Positions 28,853 to 38,507 of a stretch of DNA of 64,000 nt are shown here, piece after piece. The DNA comes from a virus. A program made the position numbers and the translations under genes. Where the stretch lies: positions 32,001 to 96,000 of the IMG/VR virus record IMGVR_UViG_3300005253_000063; one strand, 5' to 3'. Below the pieces are notes generated by a model. The model ran no database searches, was not told where the DNA came from, and saw nothing but the letters and a program-made list of their open reading frames with translations. Each line of letters starts with the position of its first letter. Positions within the stretch are counted from its first letter, which is position 1.

Positions 28853-29272
28853 TTGCCTGAGTCGGCGCAGCCTTCCGCGCAGAACCTCCTCGAACGTATC
28901 GCGGGCGCAGTCGAGAAGCGGAAGTCGGAGAAGGGTGGGGGCGCGAAGTCGTGGTGGCATTGGCCGCTGCTGATCGTGCTCTTACTCTTTGGGCTCGCGG
29001 TAGTGGCGTGGTTCTCCAACCGACACCGCCGCGAGCTTGCGCGCCTGCGTCACGAGCAGTTCAAGCGAGAGAATGCTGAGGCGCAGGCGAAGACCGACGC
29101 CAAGGTCGCGGCATCGGATGCCGAACGCGAGAAGCGTCTGCTCGCGGTCACAGCTTCCGAAGAGCGGCTCAAGGAGATCGACGATGCAGTGGACACAGCG
29201 GAACAAGACTTCAGGAAGGACCTGGCTACGATCGATCGTATTCGCCTTAGTGACCTTCCTCGCGGCGAGTAG
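28853..29272 (+). CDS. Rz/i-spanin-like protein
   Basis: Single TM followed by coiled coil. Confidence 0.55.
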   Translation: MPESAQPSAQNLLERIAGAVEKRKSEKGGGAKSWWHWPLLIVLLLFGLAVVAWFSNRHRRELARLRHEQFKRENAEAQAKTDAKVAASDAEREKRLLAVTASEERLKEIDDAVDTAEQDFRKDLATIDRIRLSDLPRGE

Positions 29273-29711
29273 CGTCGGCGCCGAACCGTACCGGCCGAAG
29301 ATCGCTCCCGAGTGCAAGGTGTACCCGCTCGCCGATGGTCGCGAGGTCTGCGGCTACATCGTCAAGCAAGCCGACGGGACCGAGACGATGGATGAGTGGC
29401 AAGCGGTTCTCCGTGTTGACGCGGAGCTGGTCGTGCGGCGCAAGAGCGCGGAGCTTCAGGCCGAGCGCGAGGTCGAACTGCAAGGACAGATCGGCGACCT
29501 GCGCGGCGCGCTGGAGGCGTGCGGTACGGGCACCGCTGCGCTGAAGGATCGCAATGCAGTGTTGACTACGCAGCTCATCGATCGCGACCGGCTCTATCAG
29601 AACGAACGCGTCAAGCCGCGGTTCAGTTTGGGCGGAGGCTGGGCTTGGGGTACGGCCGCAGTTCTGGCGGCTACGTTAGTGGGCTTCGTTGGCAAGGAGC
29701 TGATAGACTAG
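29184..29711 (+). CDS. Spanin-like periplasmic coiled-coil protein
   Basis: AAGGAG SD at 29171; signal peptide, coiled coil, C-terminal TM; overlaps upstream gene by 89 nt. Confidence 0.55.
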   Translation: MQWTQRNKTSGRTWLRSIVFALVTFLAASSVGAEPYRPKIAPECKVYPLADGREVCGYIVKQADGTETMDEWQAVLRVDAELVVRRKSAELQAEREVELQGQIGDLRGALEACGTGTAALKDRNAVLTTQLIDRDRLYQNERVKPRFSLGGGWAWGTAAVLAATLVGFVGKELID

Positions 29712-29715
29712 GGTC

Positions 29716-30507
29716 ATGCCAGAAGCGGGGAGCCGGCTCACGAGCGTGAGCGCCGCGGCGCGCGAGGAAGGGCGTCACGAGACACCGGGCGAGTCGATCT
29801 ACGCGAGTCGCTCGGTGAACATGTACGACAAGAACGACCGAACCAAGCCGGTCTTCGGACTCGTCGTACACACGACCGGGGGCGGCGCACCAAACGCAGC
29901 GAAGAAGGAACGCATCTCCGTTCTCGAATGGTGCGTGGCGCGGTACGAGCGCACGTATGGGTGCCACTACGTCAACGGCTACGACGGTGTTGACGGAGAC
30001 CTCATCCAGGTCGGCAACGAATATGAGAAGCCGCACACGGTCGGGATGAAGGAGCAGAACGCGTCGATTCGCGCGGGCACGTGGAAGACGGACATCAGCA
30101 AGAAGACGTTGAAGCATTGGCGTGCGCATTGGCCCACGCGCGCCAACCCGCTGAAGCTCTTCCCCGGCAGCTCGGCGAACAACGTCTACGTCGGCATGGA
30201 GTGTCCGCCCTGCGTCTGGTGGGACCGGAAGCTCAAGCGGACAGTCTCCTCGCCGAAGCCGATGCGCCCTGGGTTGCGCTTCACGGAGGCCCAGCACGAC
30301 GCGGTCGTGCTCCTCTCGATCGACCTGGCAGAGCGCCACAACTGGCCCGACGGTTGGTGGCTCCTGCCGCGGCTCGTTGGTCACGAGGACCTCAGCCCGA
30401 TCGTGCGAAGCACCAAGACCGGCGGCTGGGATCCTGGATTTTTGAGAGACCGCCCCTATTTCGACTGGGACTACGTGAAGGTCGAGATCGAAACCGTCGT
30501 CGGCTAG
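29716..30507 (+). CDS. Endolysin, N-acetylmuramoyl-L-alanine amidase (Amidase_2-like)
   Basis: VVHTTG, HY, N-x-x-x-VG-x-E, T-x-AQ, GH-x-D and DPG motifs; start may be GTG 29746. Confidence 0.85.
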   Translation: MPEAGSRLTSVSAAAREEGRHETPGESIYASRSVNMYDKNDRTKPVFGLVVHTTGGGAPNAAKKERISVLEWCVARYERTYGCHYVNGYDGVDGDLIQVGNEYEKPHTVGMKEQNASIRAGTWKTDISKKTLKHWRAHWPTRANPLKLFPGSSANNVYVGMECPPCVWWDRKLKRTVSSPKPMRPGLRFTEAQHDAVVLLSIDLAERHNWPDGWWLLPRLVGHEDLSPIVRSTKTGGWDPGFLRDRPYFDWDYVKVEIETVVG

Positions 30508-30728
30508 TCCTCGGTCTCGTCATCGTCGTCGTCCTCCTCGACGGCTTCGGACGTGACGAGTTGCATCGCGCAGCGCGAGACGACGATTAGGAATTCATCG
30601 TCGATCGAAGCTGCGACCAGGCAGACGGGTGCGTGGAAGCACGTCTCGCAGAGGTGTTCCTCGCGGCGGATCGCTTTCACTTCGCCAGGCACGAGGTCCA
30701 CTGGCCAGCCGCCGACCTTCTCGCTCAC
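30504..30728 (-). CDS. Small Cys-rich acidic protein
   Basis: GTGA overlap with ruvC stop; C-x-x-C-x-H-x-x-x-C. Confidence 0.55.
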   Translation of the reverse strand: MSEKVGGWPVDLVPGEVKAIRREEHLCETCFHAPVCLVAASIDDEFLIVVSRCAMQLVTSEAVEEDDDDDETED

Positions 30729-31279
30729 AGCAGTTTTCTCACCAGGATGATGGTCTCGGATTCGAGACACGAGACGACCGCGGCGAGCCCGTCGAACGCG
30801 TGCTCTTGCTTGCACGCAGTCACGTGTTCGATCTTCCGCGACAGCAGCGCGCCGCCGTACGTCTCTTCCAACACCTGTCGGACCTCTTCCTTCGACGCGG
30901 TTTTCCTGCCAGTGACGCTCTTCTTGATCTCCTTCGGCGTTGCCTGCAAGATCGGCACGTCGTGTTCAAGGGCTATCGCTACGACGACGCCCCACGCCAT
31001 CGCGAGCTTTGCTGCAGCGCTCGCGCCGCGCGGGAACGACATTGACTCGCAGCAGAGCACGGTGACCTTGTGGCGCACGAAGACGGCGCGGAGTGCCCTG
31101 ACGATCTCACCGGCTCGGCGGACGTTGTCGTCCGCTTCGCGGATGCGACGCTTCCTCGTTGCCGGCGAAGTCCGTACGACGTCCATCTCTATGACGCGCT
31201 CGGAGTCCTCGCCGATTTCGACAACGGCGAAACCGAGACTCGCAAACCCGGGGTCGATCCCTAACGCTAGGCAAGGCAT
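30725..31279 (-). CDS. ruvC: Holliday junction resolvase RuvC
   Basis: LGIDPG, E, P-x-x-IKK-x-x-TG-x-x-x-ASK-x-x-V and H-x-x-D-x-LA motifs; GGAGG SD. Confidence 0.92.
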   Translation of the reverse strand: MPCLALGIDPGFASLGFAVVEIGEDSERVIEMDVVRTSPATRKRRIREADDNVRRAGEIVRALRAVFVRHKVTVLCCESMSFPRGASAAAKLAMAWGVVVAIALEHDVPILQATPKEIKKSVTGRKTASKEEVRQVLEETYGGALLSRKIEHVTACKQEHAFDGLAAVVSCLESETIILVRKLL

Positions 31280-31428
31280 CGTCTCCTCCCTTCACGTTTT
31301 CAGTATCACTTGGAAAACTACGAAGGCCGTCGCCAACACCATCGCGAGCAACAGCCACCTGTGTTTCGATTTCTTCCGCGCCACAAACCAGACGTGTCCG
31401 TTCAAACCTGCGAGCGCGACCGACGAGA

Positions 31429-31689
31429 TTAGTTTGTGTTTGCGCGCGCCTCTATCGTCAAGGCGCTTGCGCGATAGGATGTCCAGAACAGTTCGATCAC
31501 TTCTTCGAGCTTCACGCCGGTAATTTCGCAGAGACGTCCTGCTGCAAGCGCGAGCGCGACGACCGAGTCCTCGGCCGACAGTGTTTCTTGGAGGGTCTCG
31601 AAGAGGGTCGCACACGATTGGATCACTCGTTCGGATTGCAGGTCGTCGACCACCCGCTGAGTAGACCACAAGTTCAACGGCCACTGCAT
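31429..31689 (-). CDS. Hypothetical protein
   Basis: GAGG SD; helical 86 aa. Confidence 0.45.
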   Translation of the reverse strand: MQWPLNLWSTQRVVDDLQSERVIQSCATLFETLQETLSAEDSVVALALAAGRLCEITGVKLEEVIELFWTSYRASALTIEARANTN

Positions 31690-31692
31690 ACT

Positions 31693-32048
31693 TCAACCTC
31701 TCTCGTCCTGCAGCGCGCACTTGGCTGCCTGTGCCTTGATCTCGCCCAACGCCTTCGCGTGCCGTCCGACGTAAGTCTGCCAGACGCGTTCGGCTGCGTT
31801 GACTACACGACGGAGCCAACGAATCGCAGGGCTGAGGACTTCGCCTCGGCTCTGAGGTCGTTCCAGACCGCGGTCAGCGCGCTGTTCACGTTCTTGTTGT
31901 AGTCCGCAGCATCCATCATGACGTCGTCCCCCGACTTGCGCGCGAGCTGTGATTTTCGCAGCTCCGCAGCACTCATACGATCGAGACGCGCGTGGTGCTT
32001 GCAGCGTGGTCTGCAACCGCACGGGTTCATACGGGAAAGTAGGTGCAT
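31693..32048 (-). pseudogene. Hypothetical gene apparently split by a frameshift near 31805
   Basis: Coding-like frame ends ...FVGSVV* and coding-like text continues in another frame as VVNAAERVWQTY... Confidence 0.35.
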
Positions 32049-32049
32049 A

Positions 32050-32090
32050 CAATCATTGTGCTAACGCTGCTAATTATGCTATTTTCATCA
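32050..32090. promoter_or_regulatory. AT-rich divergent control region with three TGCTA repeats
   Basis: TGCTA at 32059, 32068, 32077; sits at the strand switch. Confidence 0.55.
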
Positions 32091-32287
32091 TGGACCCAGT
32101 GCACGTGCAACCAACGAACGAGAAAGCGACGCAATGACCGCAACGGTTCGGAATTGCGCGACGAGTGCACAAGTCGTAGGTGCGGTTCGATCAGTGCCTG
32201 CCCCGTTCGGCGTCCGAGCAGATCGGCTCGGGCGTCGACCGGAGCAATCACGCTCCCAAGCGACACCCTCTAAGGAGGCTGGTAACC

Positions 32288-32749
32288 ATGACGACAACCA
32301 ACACTGATAGCGGCTCCAACGGCGAGTCCACCCCCACCACCCCCGCAGTCCGCAAGCTGGAGACGAAGCTGCTGCGCATCGCGGGGCGCATCACCGACTA
32401 CGGGAAGAAGGTCGGGAAGGTCCCCGACAGCACGGGTGATGAACTGCGCGCGCAGTTCAAGACCGCGACCGTTGCGGTCAAGGAGATCGTCGCGACCCTC
32501 GCGGAGCTGCCCGACAACGTGCTCAGCCGGACCGGCGCGTCGGGCGAGAAGGTACCGCTCGCGGCAGGCACGAAGGTCGAGATCCGCGAGAAGGCCCGCA
32601 AGGGCTACGAGGGCTTCATGGAGGACGTCGACCTTGTCGGGCTCACCGTCGTCGAGGTGCGCGGCAAGCGCGTTGCGTGCGACACGCCGAGCGGCATCCG
32701 CATCCTCGTACCGCGCGCCCACGTCGTGCTGGAGGAAGCGAGCGCGTAG
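32288..32749 (+). CDS. Hypothetical protein, SH3/KOW-like C-terminus
   Basis: AAGGAGG SD; G-x-KVEI...VVEVRGKRV. Confidence 0.7.
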   Translation: MTTTNTDSGSNGESTPTTPAVRKLETKLLRIAGRITDYGKKVGKVPDSTGDELRAQFKTATVAVKEIVATLAELPDNVLSRTGASGEKVPLAAGTKVEIREKARKGYEGFMEDVDLVGLTVVEVRGKRVACDTPSGIRILVPRAHVVLEEASA

Positions 32750-32834
32750 CGTCGTTCGACTGCACAGGGAGCGCGGGCTTAACCCCCCGGGTCCGCGTTC
32801 CCGCTGGAGTCAAACGATCAACAGGAGGCTGGCA

Positions 32835-33382
32835 ATGATCACACTCGAAAAAACGGTAGGAGAATCTATTTCCGCGGTGCCGAATACGCGGCTCGCGGAC
32901 AGCTCAAGGCTGGTGGGGCGAAGTGGGACCCCGCCGAACGCTGCTGGTGGATGGGCAGCGGCAAGGCAAGCGAAGCAGAGCGCATCGCTGCCGCGATCGG
33001 CAACTCGCGTACCGAGCATGATGGCGTCGATGGGATCGACACGTCCGACCGTGTGGTGCGGGGGCGGGCAACATACGCCGGCAAGACTTACTACGTACTC
33101 GCCGAGGGGATATCTCAGCGCACGGGCAAACCGTACGCGAAGCTCGCGTTCCGCGACGGGTCCCGAGTTTTCTGGGCGAAGAACGTGGCGGACGTCGAGG
33201 TCGTCAAGCGGTACAACGAACCGACTTCGATCGATGCGCTCCGCGCCTACGCCAATCGCCGTCGCGCCGAGGATGCCGGCGAAGTCGAGTGTGCGCTCTG
33301 CACACGCTACTGCACTTGCGGCACCGATCGGTTCTGCACCCACCACCACGACGGGTGCGACCGGTGCGGGATGGAGTGCTGA
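32835..33382 (+). pseudogene. DUF5710-like protein interrupted by a frameshift in an A6 run
   Basis: ATG with GGAGG SD is out of frame with GAKWDP-x-x-x-x-WW coding frame; adding one A at 32848-32853 restores it. Confidence 0.65.
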
Positions 33383-33383
33383 C

Positions 33384-33608
33384 ATGAACGAGTACATCGA
33401 ACGGTTGAGGAAATGCGCGGCGCTCTGCCGGAAGTGGGGCGACCTCGTGCACCTGTACGGGAGCGGGGATCTGTCGATCGACGAGGTCGAGGCGTTGGTC
33501 CCGTTGGCGCTATCATATAGTAGGGCGCTCATCGTCCTGCGCGCGCAGCTTGAAGCACCGGGCGGCTTCGATATCGCGCCGCTCCTGCCCACGGGTGTCG
33601 CGCAGTGA
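33384..33608 (+). CDS. Hypothetical protein
   Basis: GGAG SD; GTGA overlap with next gene. Confidence 0.55.
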   Translation: MNEYIERLRKCAALCRKWGDLVHLYGSGDLSIDEVEALVPLALSYSRALIVLRAQLEAPGGFDIAPLLPTGVAQ

Positions 33609-33940
33609 CCAAGGTGCGCCTCGCAACGGTCAAGGAGACAGGGGAGCGCTACCTGGTCATGCGGCTGCACTTGCCACGCGACCCGGCCGACCCCGCGAAG
33701 GTCTACTGTTGGGGCGAAGTCGCCAAGACGAAGGGTCGGCGCACAACGCATGGTCCGGCCCGGCTTTTCCTCCGTGACGAGGTCGAGGTGGTCGAGGTCG
33801 AGAAGACCGACGAACTCATGCACCGGCTCTGGATGCAGTACATCCGCAAGCTGCGCGCGGAGGGCCATGACATTGAGGTACATCAGACTCGCGCGGGCAA
33901 TTGGCACGCGACCGATCGCACGGGGAGAGCTGCACTGTGA
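33605..33940 (+). CDS. Hypothetical protein
   Basis: Coupled at both ends; GC3-rich. Confidence 0.6.
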   Translation: MTKVRLATVKETGERYLVMRLHLPRDPADPAKVYCWGEVAKTKGRRTTHGPARLFLRDEVEVVEVEKTDELMHRLWMQYIRKLRAEGHDIEVHQTRAGNWHATDRTGRAAL

Positions 33941-34203
33941 CGCGAGCGTGGACGAAGGACTGTGATTGGGCGTACCGATGGGAAGTCGAAAGGCTCTTCC
34001 GCGAGCGTACTCCGCCAGCCCAGGGAGATATCTATTCGATCGACTCCGCGGGCCGGGTCACAAGATCGGAAATGCGTGCGTTCTCGCAGAGGGTGTTGCT
34101 ACGCGACCCGCCCGAGACAGATGCTCGTTGGGTCGCGTGCCATGCGAAGTGGTATCAGAAGATGTCTCTTCGGGTGCGGCGCGAGATGGGGGAGATCACG
34201 TAG
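33937..34203 (+). CDS. Hypothetical protein
   Basis: GTGA overlap; GGAG SD. Confidence 0.5.
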   Translation: MTRAWTKDCDWAYRWEVERLFRERTPPAQGDIYSIDSAGRVTRSEMRAFSQRVLLRDPPETDARWVACHAKWYQKMSLRVRREMGEIT

Positions 34204-34287
34204 GGCGTCTCGCCAGGAGCCGTCGGCTGCTATGGTCGGCGACTCCGCGCGAGCAATCCTGCTCTAACCAAACGGAGGCTGGCACCA

Positions 34288-35523
34288 ATGAACACACGAA
34301 TTCTCAGAGCGACTCTCTTCACCCCGGGCCTGTACGGGCGTTGGGGAATCCCGCTCAACCTCGAAGGCAAACCCGGTACGGCAAAGACGGCGACGTGGCA
34401 AGCGCTGTCGCACGAGTCGGGTCTGCACCTCGAAACGGTCATCGCGTCGATCCGCGAGCCGAGCGACTTTCTCGGCCTGCCGATTCCCATCCGTGACAAC
34501 GCGGAGCGGCTCCAGGTCATCAACTGGATGCGATCGAAGATGCCGAACGTCAAGGTGGTCGACGTGAAGCCGAACGAGATCGCGTTCGCCATCACGGACT
34601 ACGCTCCGCCCGCGTGGGCGATTCGCGCAACGATCGCGAGGCACGCGCTGGTCTTCTTCGACGAGTTCAACACGGCGCCCCCCGCGGTCCAGGCCGCGCT
34701 GCTCCGCGTCATCCTCGAAGGCATGGTCGGGGAGCGCGAGCTGCCGAAGACCGTACGCTTCGCGATGGCGATGAACTCGACCGAGGACGCGGCCGGCGGT
34801 TGGGACATCGCACCGCCCCTCGCCAACCGTGTCGGCCACGCAGTCTGGGAGTCGCCCGACCCCGAGGTCTGGTGCGACTGGCGCATTGGCGGCGGCGGGA
34901 CCAATGGCAAGTTCGGCGATGCCGCGGCCGAGGAGGCACGCGTCATGGAGGCATGGGATATTCCATTCGCGCAGGCGTGCGGACTCGTCGCCGCGTTCAT
35001 TCGCACCCGACCGGAGCTGCTGATGAAGATGCCCTCAGAGGGGGACCCGCAAGCGAGCAAGGCATGGCCCTCGCCGCGCACCTGGGACTTCCTCACGTGC
35101 GCTCTCGCCGGTTCGATGGTGCACAACCTCGCGGAGGAAGACCGCGACGAGTGGATCTCCTGCTACGTCGGGACCGAGCCGGCGGGCGAGCTGATCACGT
35201 TCCTCGCGAACGCGGACCTGCCCAACCCGGCCGACCTGCTCGACGGCAAGGTCAAGTGGACCCACGACCCGAACCGGCTCGACCGGACCGCGGCCGTGCT
35301 CTCGGCGTGCGCAGCGTACGTCACTTCGAAGAGCACGGAGAAGCGCGAGAAGCGCGCCGCGGCGCTCTGGAAGCTGATGGCTCCGATCGTCGAAGACGCA
35401 GCCGACGTTACGGTTCCTGCGGGCCGCACGCTCTGCCGGGCGCGCCTCGCGCTGGGCAAAGAAGCGAAGCCTGTCCTCGTGAAGCTCCAGCCGGTTTTGA
35501 AAGCAGCTGGCATCCAGCCGTAG
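34288..35523 (+). CDS. MoxR-type AAA+ ATPase
   Basis: Walker A GKPGTAKT, Walker B FFDEFN, PPLANR, PSPRTW. Confidence 0.9.
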   Translation: MNTRILRATLFTPGLYGRWGIPLNLEGKPGTAKTATWQALSHESGLHLETVIASIREPSDFLGLPIPIRDNAERLQVINWMRSKMPNVKVVDVKPNEIAFAITDYAPPAWAIRATIARHALVFFDEFNTAPPAVQAALLRVILEGMVGERELPKTVRFAMAMNSTEDAAGGWDIAPPLANRVGHAVWESPDPEVWCDWRIGGGGTNGKFGDAAAEEARVMEAWDIPFAQACGLVAAFIRTRPELLMKMPSEGDPQASKAWPSPRTWDFLTCALAGSMVHNLAEEDRDEWISCYVGTEPAGELITFLANADLPNPADLLDGKVKWTHDPNRLDRTAAVLSACAAYVTSKSTEKREKRAAALWKLMAPIVEDAADVTVPAGRTLCRARLALGKEAKPVLVKLQPVLKAAGIQP

Positions 35524-35534
35524 GGAGCCGACCG

Positions 35535-36335
35535 ATGCGGAAGGAGACGAAAGTCAAACTCGGCGGACGTCGGATACCCTCGCAGTTTGTAACTGCGAGG
35601 GCGCCGTGCGCGTGCGGTCGAGGTGGCGCGCACCCCGTATCGATCACACTGGCGCAGGACGACTGTCTGCTCTCGATTGACTGCGGGTGCGACCTGAAGA
35701 TGGGCGATGCGGTCGACCGCCTTGGTGGGGACTCTTGCGCGATCCTCGCGTTGGAACTTTGGAAGGGTGTGATCGGTCGCAAAGCTTCCTACCCGGACAA
35801 GGGCGACGCCTTCGCGTTGCTCAACCAAGCGTGGCTCAACGGGAAGCGGTACGCGGAAGCGGCAGCCAGGAAGCACAAGAACTCGGACACGGACGAGTCG
35901 TTGTACCCGGGCTGGTCAGCCGAGGGCTGGACGCTCGAACGTCGTATGGCGTTGATGGACCGGGGCGGCAGCGCCGCCGCCGGCTTCCCGGTAAAGTTCG
36001 TCATCGATCCCAGCGGGCTGACCACGATGTTCATCGAGGGGGCCCATCCGAGCGTTGCGACGAAGGGGAAGGGCGGGCGCTGGACGTACGACGAGATGAA
36101 GATCGCGGATCTCGCCAAGCGCTCCGATCCCTTCATCGTTGATCCGAGCACACGACGACATAGCTACTCGAAGCACTACAACATATGCTGCTCCGCTTGT
36201 GCCCTAAATCTTAGGGACAAGAAGGGCAGCGCCCACGTTCGACTCGTCTCGCATCAGCAGGCGGTCATCGCCGGCGTACGACGCGCGCTCGCGGTCGTCA
36301 TGTCGCGACGCGACAAAGGAGGCAATCATGCCTAG
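35535..36335 (+). CDS. Cys-rich hypothetical protein
   Basis: GGAG SD; several Cys pairs; between AAA and VWA genes. Confidence 0.55.
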   Translation: MRKETKVKLGGRRIPSQFVTARAPCACGRGGAHPVSITLAQDDCLLSIDCGCDLKMGDAVDRLGGDSCAILALELWKGVIGRKASYPDKGDAFALLNQAWLNGKRYAEAAARKHKNSDTDESLYPGWSAEGWTLERRMALMDRGGSAAAGFPVKFVIDPSGLTTMFIEGAHPSVATKGKGGRWTYDEMKIADLAKRSDPFIVDPSTRRHSYSKHYNICCSACALNLRDKKGSAHVRLVSHQQAVIAGVRRALAVVMSRRDKGGNHA

Positions 36336-37956
36336 AGTGAATCGTAAGTCTGGCGGCGGTATGGATCTCAGTCCGAAGCTGAAGTTCGCCGCCGCGCGGC
36401 TGCTCATCCGCGAGAAGGTCCCGTACATACGAAGCGCTCTGCTTGGGATGGTCGTAGTCTGGGTGCCGGGTCTCGGCACGATGGGTGTGACGTACGACGG
36501 CATCCTCATGGTGGACGAGGCGTTCGTTGCCGAGTGCACGATCGAGGAAGTCGCGGGCGTGCTCTACCACGAGGTCTGGCACGTCCTGCGCGAGCACAAC
36601 GTTCGCTGCGAAGCGATGGGCTGTGTGCATCCGTTCGAGCACAAGCTCTCGAACCTCGCTGGCGACGCAGAGATCAATGACGACATCATGGATCACCCGT
36701 TCCCCTTGCCCACGCTCATCGATCCGATGACGGGGCAGGCGGGCGGACCGATCTTGCCCAAGAACTTTGGCGCAGAGAACGGCCGACTGATGGAGGAATA
36801 CTACCGACTGCTGCGAAAGCAATGCCAGCCTCAGCAGCAGCCGGGCACCGGCGACGGTTCACACGAGAAAGGTTCGGGCGAGTCTGGTCAGGCGGGGGTC
36901 GATTCTCCGTCTCCGGGTTCTGATAAGTCCGTGGCCAGTGATGACACGTCGTCTGGTGGGTCCAACGATGACCCTGGTGCGGGTCAGGGCTCACCCGCTG
37001 GGGCGGCGTCGGGTTCCGATGGTCAGCCTGGGGTCGATTCCCAGGCGTCGGGATCCGGCGCCGACTCCCCGGCGTCATCGGGCGAAGGCGAATCGAAGGG
37101 CGAGGGTGGCAGCGGCAACGCCAAAGGGAAGCTGCCCGAACGTCAAGCCGGTTGGGGCGCGTGCGGCAGTGCCGCGGGTAACCCCTTGCCGATCGAGGAT
37201 GAGATCCGCAAGAGGGTCAAGGGCCGCACGAGAGCGGAGCTGAAGCGCATGAAGCGCGAAGTCGCTGAGGCGGTTCGCAACGAGGCATCGAGGTCGCGTG
37301 GCACAGTGCCGGGCGGTCTGCTCCGCTGGGCGGAGAAGTCGCTCAAGCCCGCGGTGGTTCCCTGGCAGCGCGAGCTGGCAACGGTCTGCCGTGCGGCCAT
37401 CGCGTATCGACCCGGAGCGGTTGACTACAAGTATGATCGACCCTCGCGCCGACAGGCGGGGCTCGGCTTCAACTCGGGCGACCCGATCCTGCCGTGCATG
37501 AGACAGCCCGTACCGAACGTGCTCATCGCGGTGGACACGTCGGGGTCGATGGGAACGAATGAGCTGACCGATGGGCTTCGCGAGTCGAACGGGATTCTCA
37601 AAGCGGTCGGCGTGCATGCGACCTTCATGGCGTGCGATGCGGCGGTCCACTCGATGCAGAAGGTCCGCTCGTGGCGCGACATCCTGCCGCTGCTCAAGGG
37701 TGGCGGCGGGACGTCGTTCAAGCCGGTCTTCGAAGCGCTCAGGAAAGTGCGACCGAAGCCGGACGTGCTCGTGTTCGTGACCGACGGCATGGGAGACTGC
37801 CCCGAGCAACCACCGATCGGAACCAAGGTCGTGTGGTTGCTCGTTGGTTCGCACCGCACGAAGCCGAGCATGGGTTCGTATGGAGGCAAGCCCGTCACCT
37901 GGGGCAAGTGTATCTACCTCGGTGGCGATCCGAACGCGGAGAAGGAGGCAGCGTAG
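36328..37956 (+). CDS. Metallopeptidase-like/VWA protein (DUF2201-like)
   Basis: HEVWH HExxH, Gly/Ser linker, MIDAS DTSGSM, GGGGTSF, VTDG. Confidence 0.9.
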   Translation: MPRVNRKSGGGMDLSPKLKFAAARLLIREKVPYIRSALLGMVVVWVPGLGTMGVTYDGILMVDEAFVAECTIEEVAGVLYHEVWHVLREHNVRCEAMGCVHPFEHKLSNLAGDAEINDDIMDHPFPLPTLIDPMTGQAGGPILPKNFGAENGRLMEEYYRLLRKQCQPQQQPGTGDGSHEKGSGESGQAGVDSPSPGSDKSVASDDTSSGGSNDDPGAGQGSPAGAASGSDGQPGVDSQASGSGADSPASSGEGESKGEGGSGNAKGKLPERQAGWGACGSAAGNPLPIEDEIRKRVKGRTRAELKRMKREVAEAVRNEASRSRGTVPGGLLRWAEKSLKPAVVPWQRELATVCRAAIAYRPGAVDYKYDRPSRRQAGLGFNSGDPILPCMRQPVPNVLIAVDTSGSMGTNELTDGLRESNGILKAVGVHATFMACDAAVHSMQKVRSWRDILPLLKGGGGTSFKPVFEALRKVRPKPDVLVFVTDGMGDCPEQPPIGTKVVWLLVGSHRTKPSMGSYGGKPVTWGKCIYLGGDPNAEKEAA

Positions 37957-38232
37957 ATGACGAACCCACACCATCAGCGTTACCTGCGAAGAGACTGGAT
38001 CGAAAGTCTCAACTTCTACTGGACTACGATGGATCTCACCGGCGTCCTTCTTGGCTGTGCCGAGCTACTCGAACTAGCCAAAAAGGTAGCCATCGAATCC
38101 AGCGGCAGCGTGGTTGTCGGCGAGACTCGTCGTTACGGAATGGACAAGTGGCGAGTGAACGACGTGCAAGCGTGGCACGACCGCGTGCGTGAGGCCGACG
38201 CGCGAGCACGGCTTGGGGAGGTAGCGACGTGA
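37957..38232 (+). CDS. Small protein, tandem paralog 1
   Basis: Ends W...DARARLGE; GGAGG SD. Confidence 0.55.
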   Translation: MTNPHHQRYLRRDWIESLNFYWTTMDLTGVLLGCAELLELAKKVAIESSGSVVVGETRRYGMDKWRVNDVQAWHDRVREADARARLGEVAT

Positions 38233-38507
38233 TGCGACAGCACGCGCGGCTCTTGGCTACGGGCAGGGGTGAGTGGATGACCGAGACGGTGTTCATTGCT
38301 GCATGCCGTGTTCTAGTCGACGGATGGCACCTCGACCGTCGTCTCGTCATGGACGCCGCCCACGCTGCCGAGTGCGACGGCACGCTCTCCCGCATCGCGA
38401 CCAGCATCGAGTTCAACGAACCCTACTGGATCGTCAACGAACTCGACCGGTGGCTCGACACGCTCCGCGTGCTCGATGCCGCACGACGACTTGGGAGGGC
38501 GGCGTGA
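38229..38507 (+). CDS. Small protein, tandem paralog 2
   Basis: GEWMTETVFIAACR...LRVLDAARRLG. Confidence 0.6.
   Translation: MMRQHARLLATGRGEWMTETVFIAACRVLVDGWHLDRRLVMDAAHAAECDGTLSRIATSIEFNEPYWIVNELDRWLDTLRVLDAARRLGRAA

Noticed and set aside
32436-33608. 390-aa ORF, and similar N-terminal extensions at 2218, 11637, 34614, 38652 and 59857
   Set aside because: Arg/Ser-rich off-frame run-ins; real starts lie downstream at SD or overlap positions
36830-37135. GVDSP-like repeats in the VWA gene as a repeat array
   Set aside because: Ordinary low-complexity Gly/Ser linker of this family
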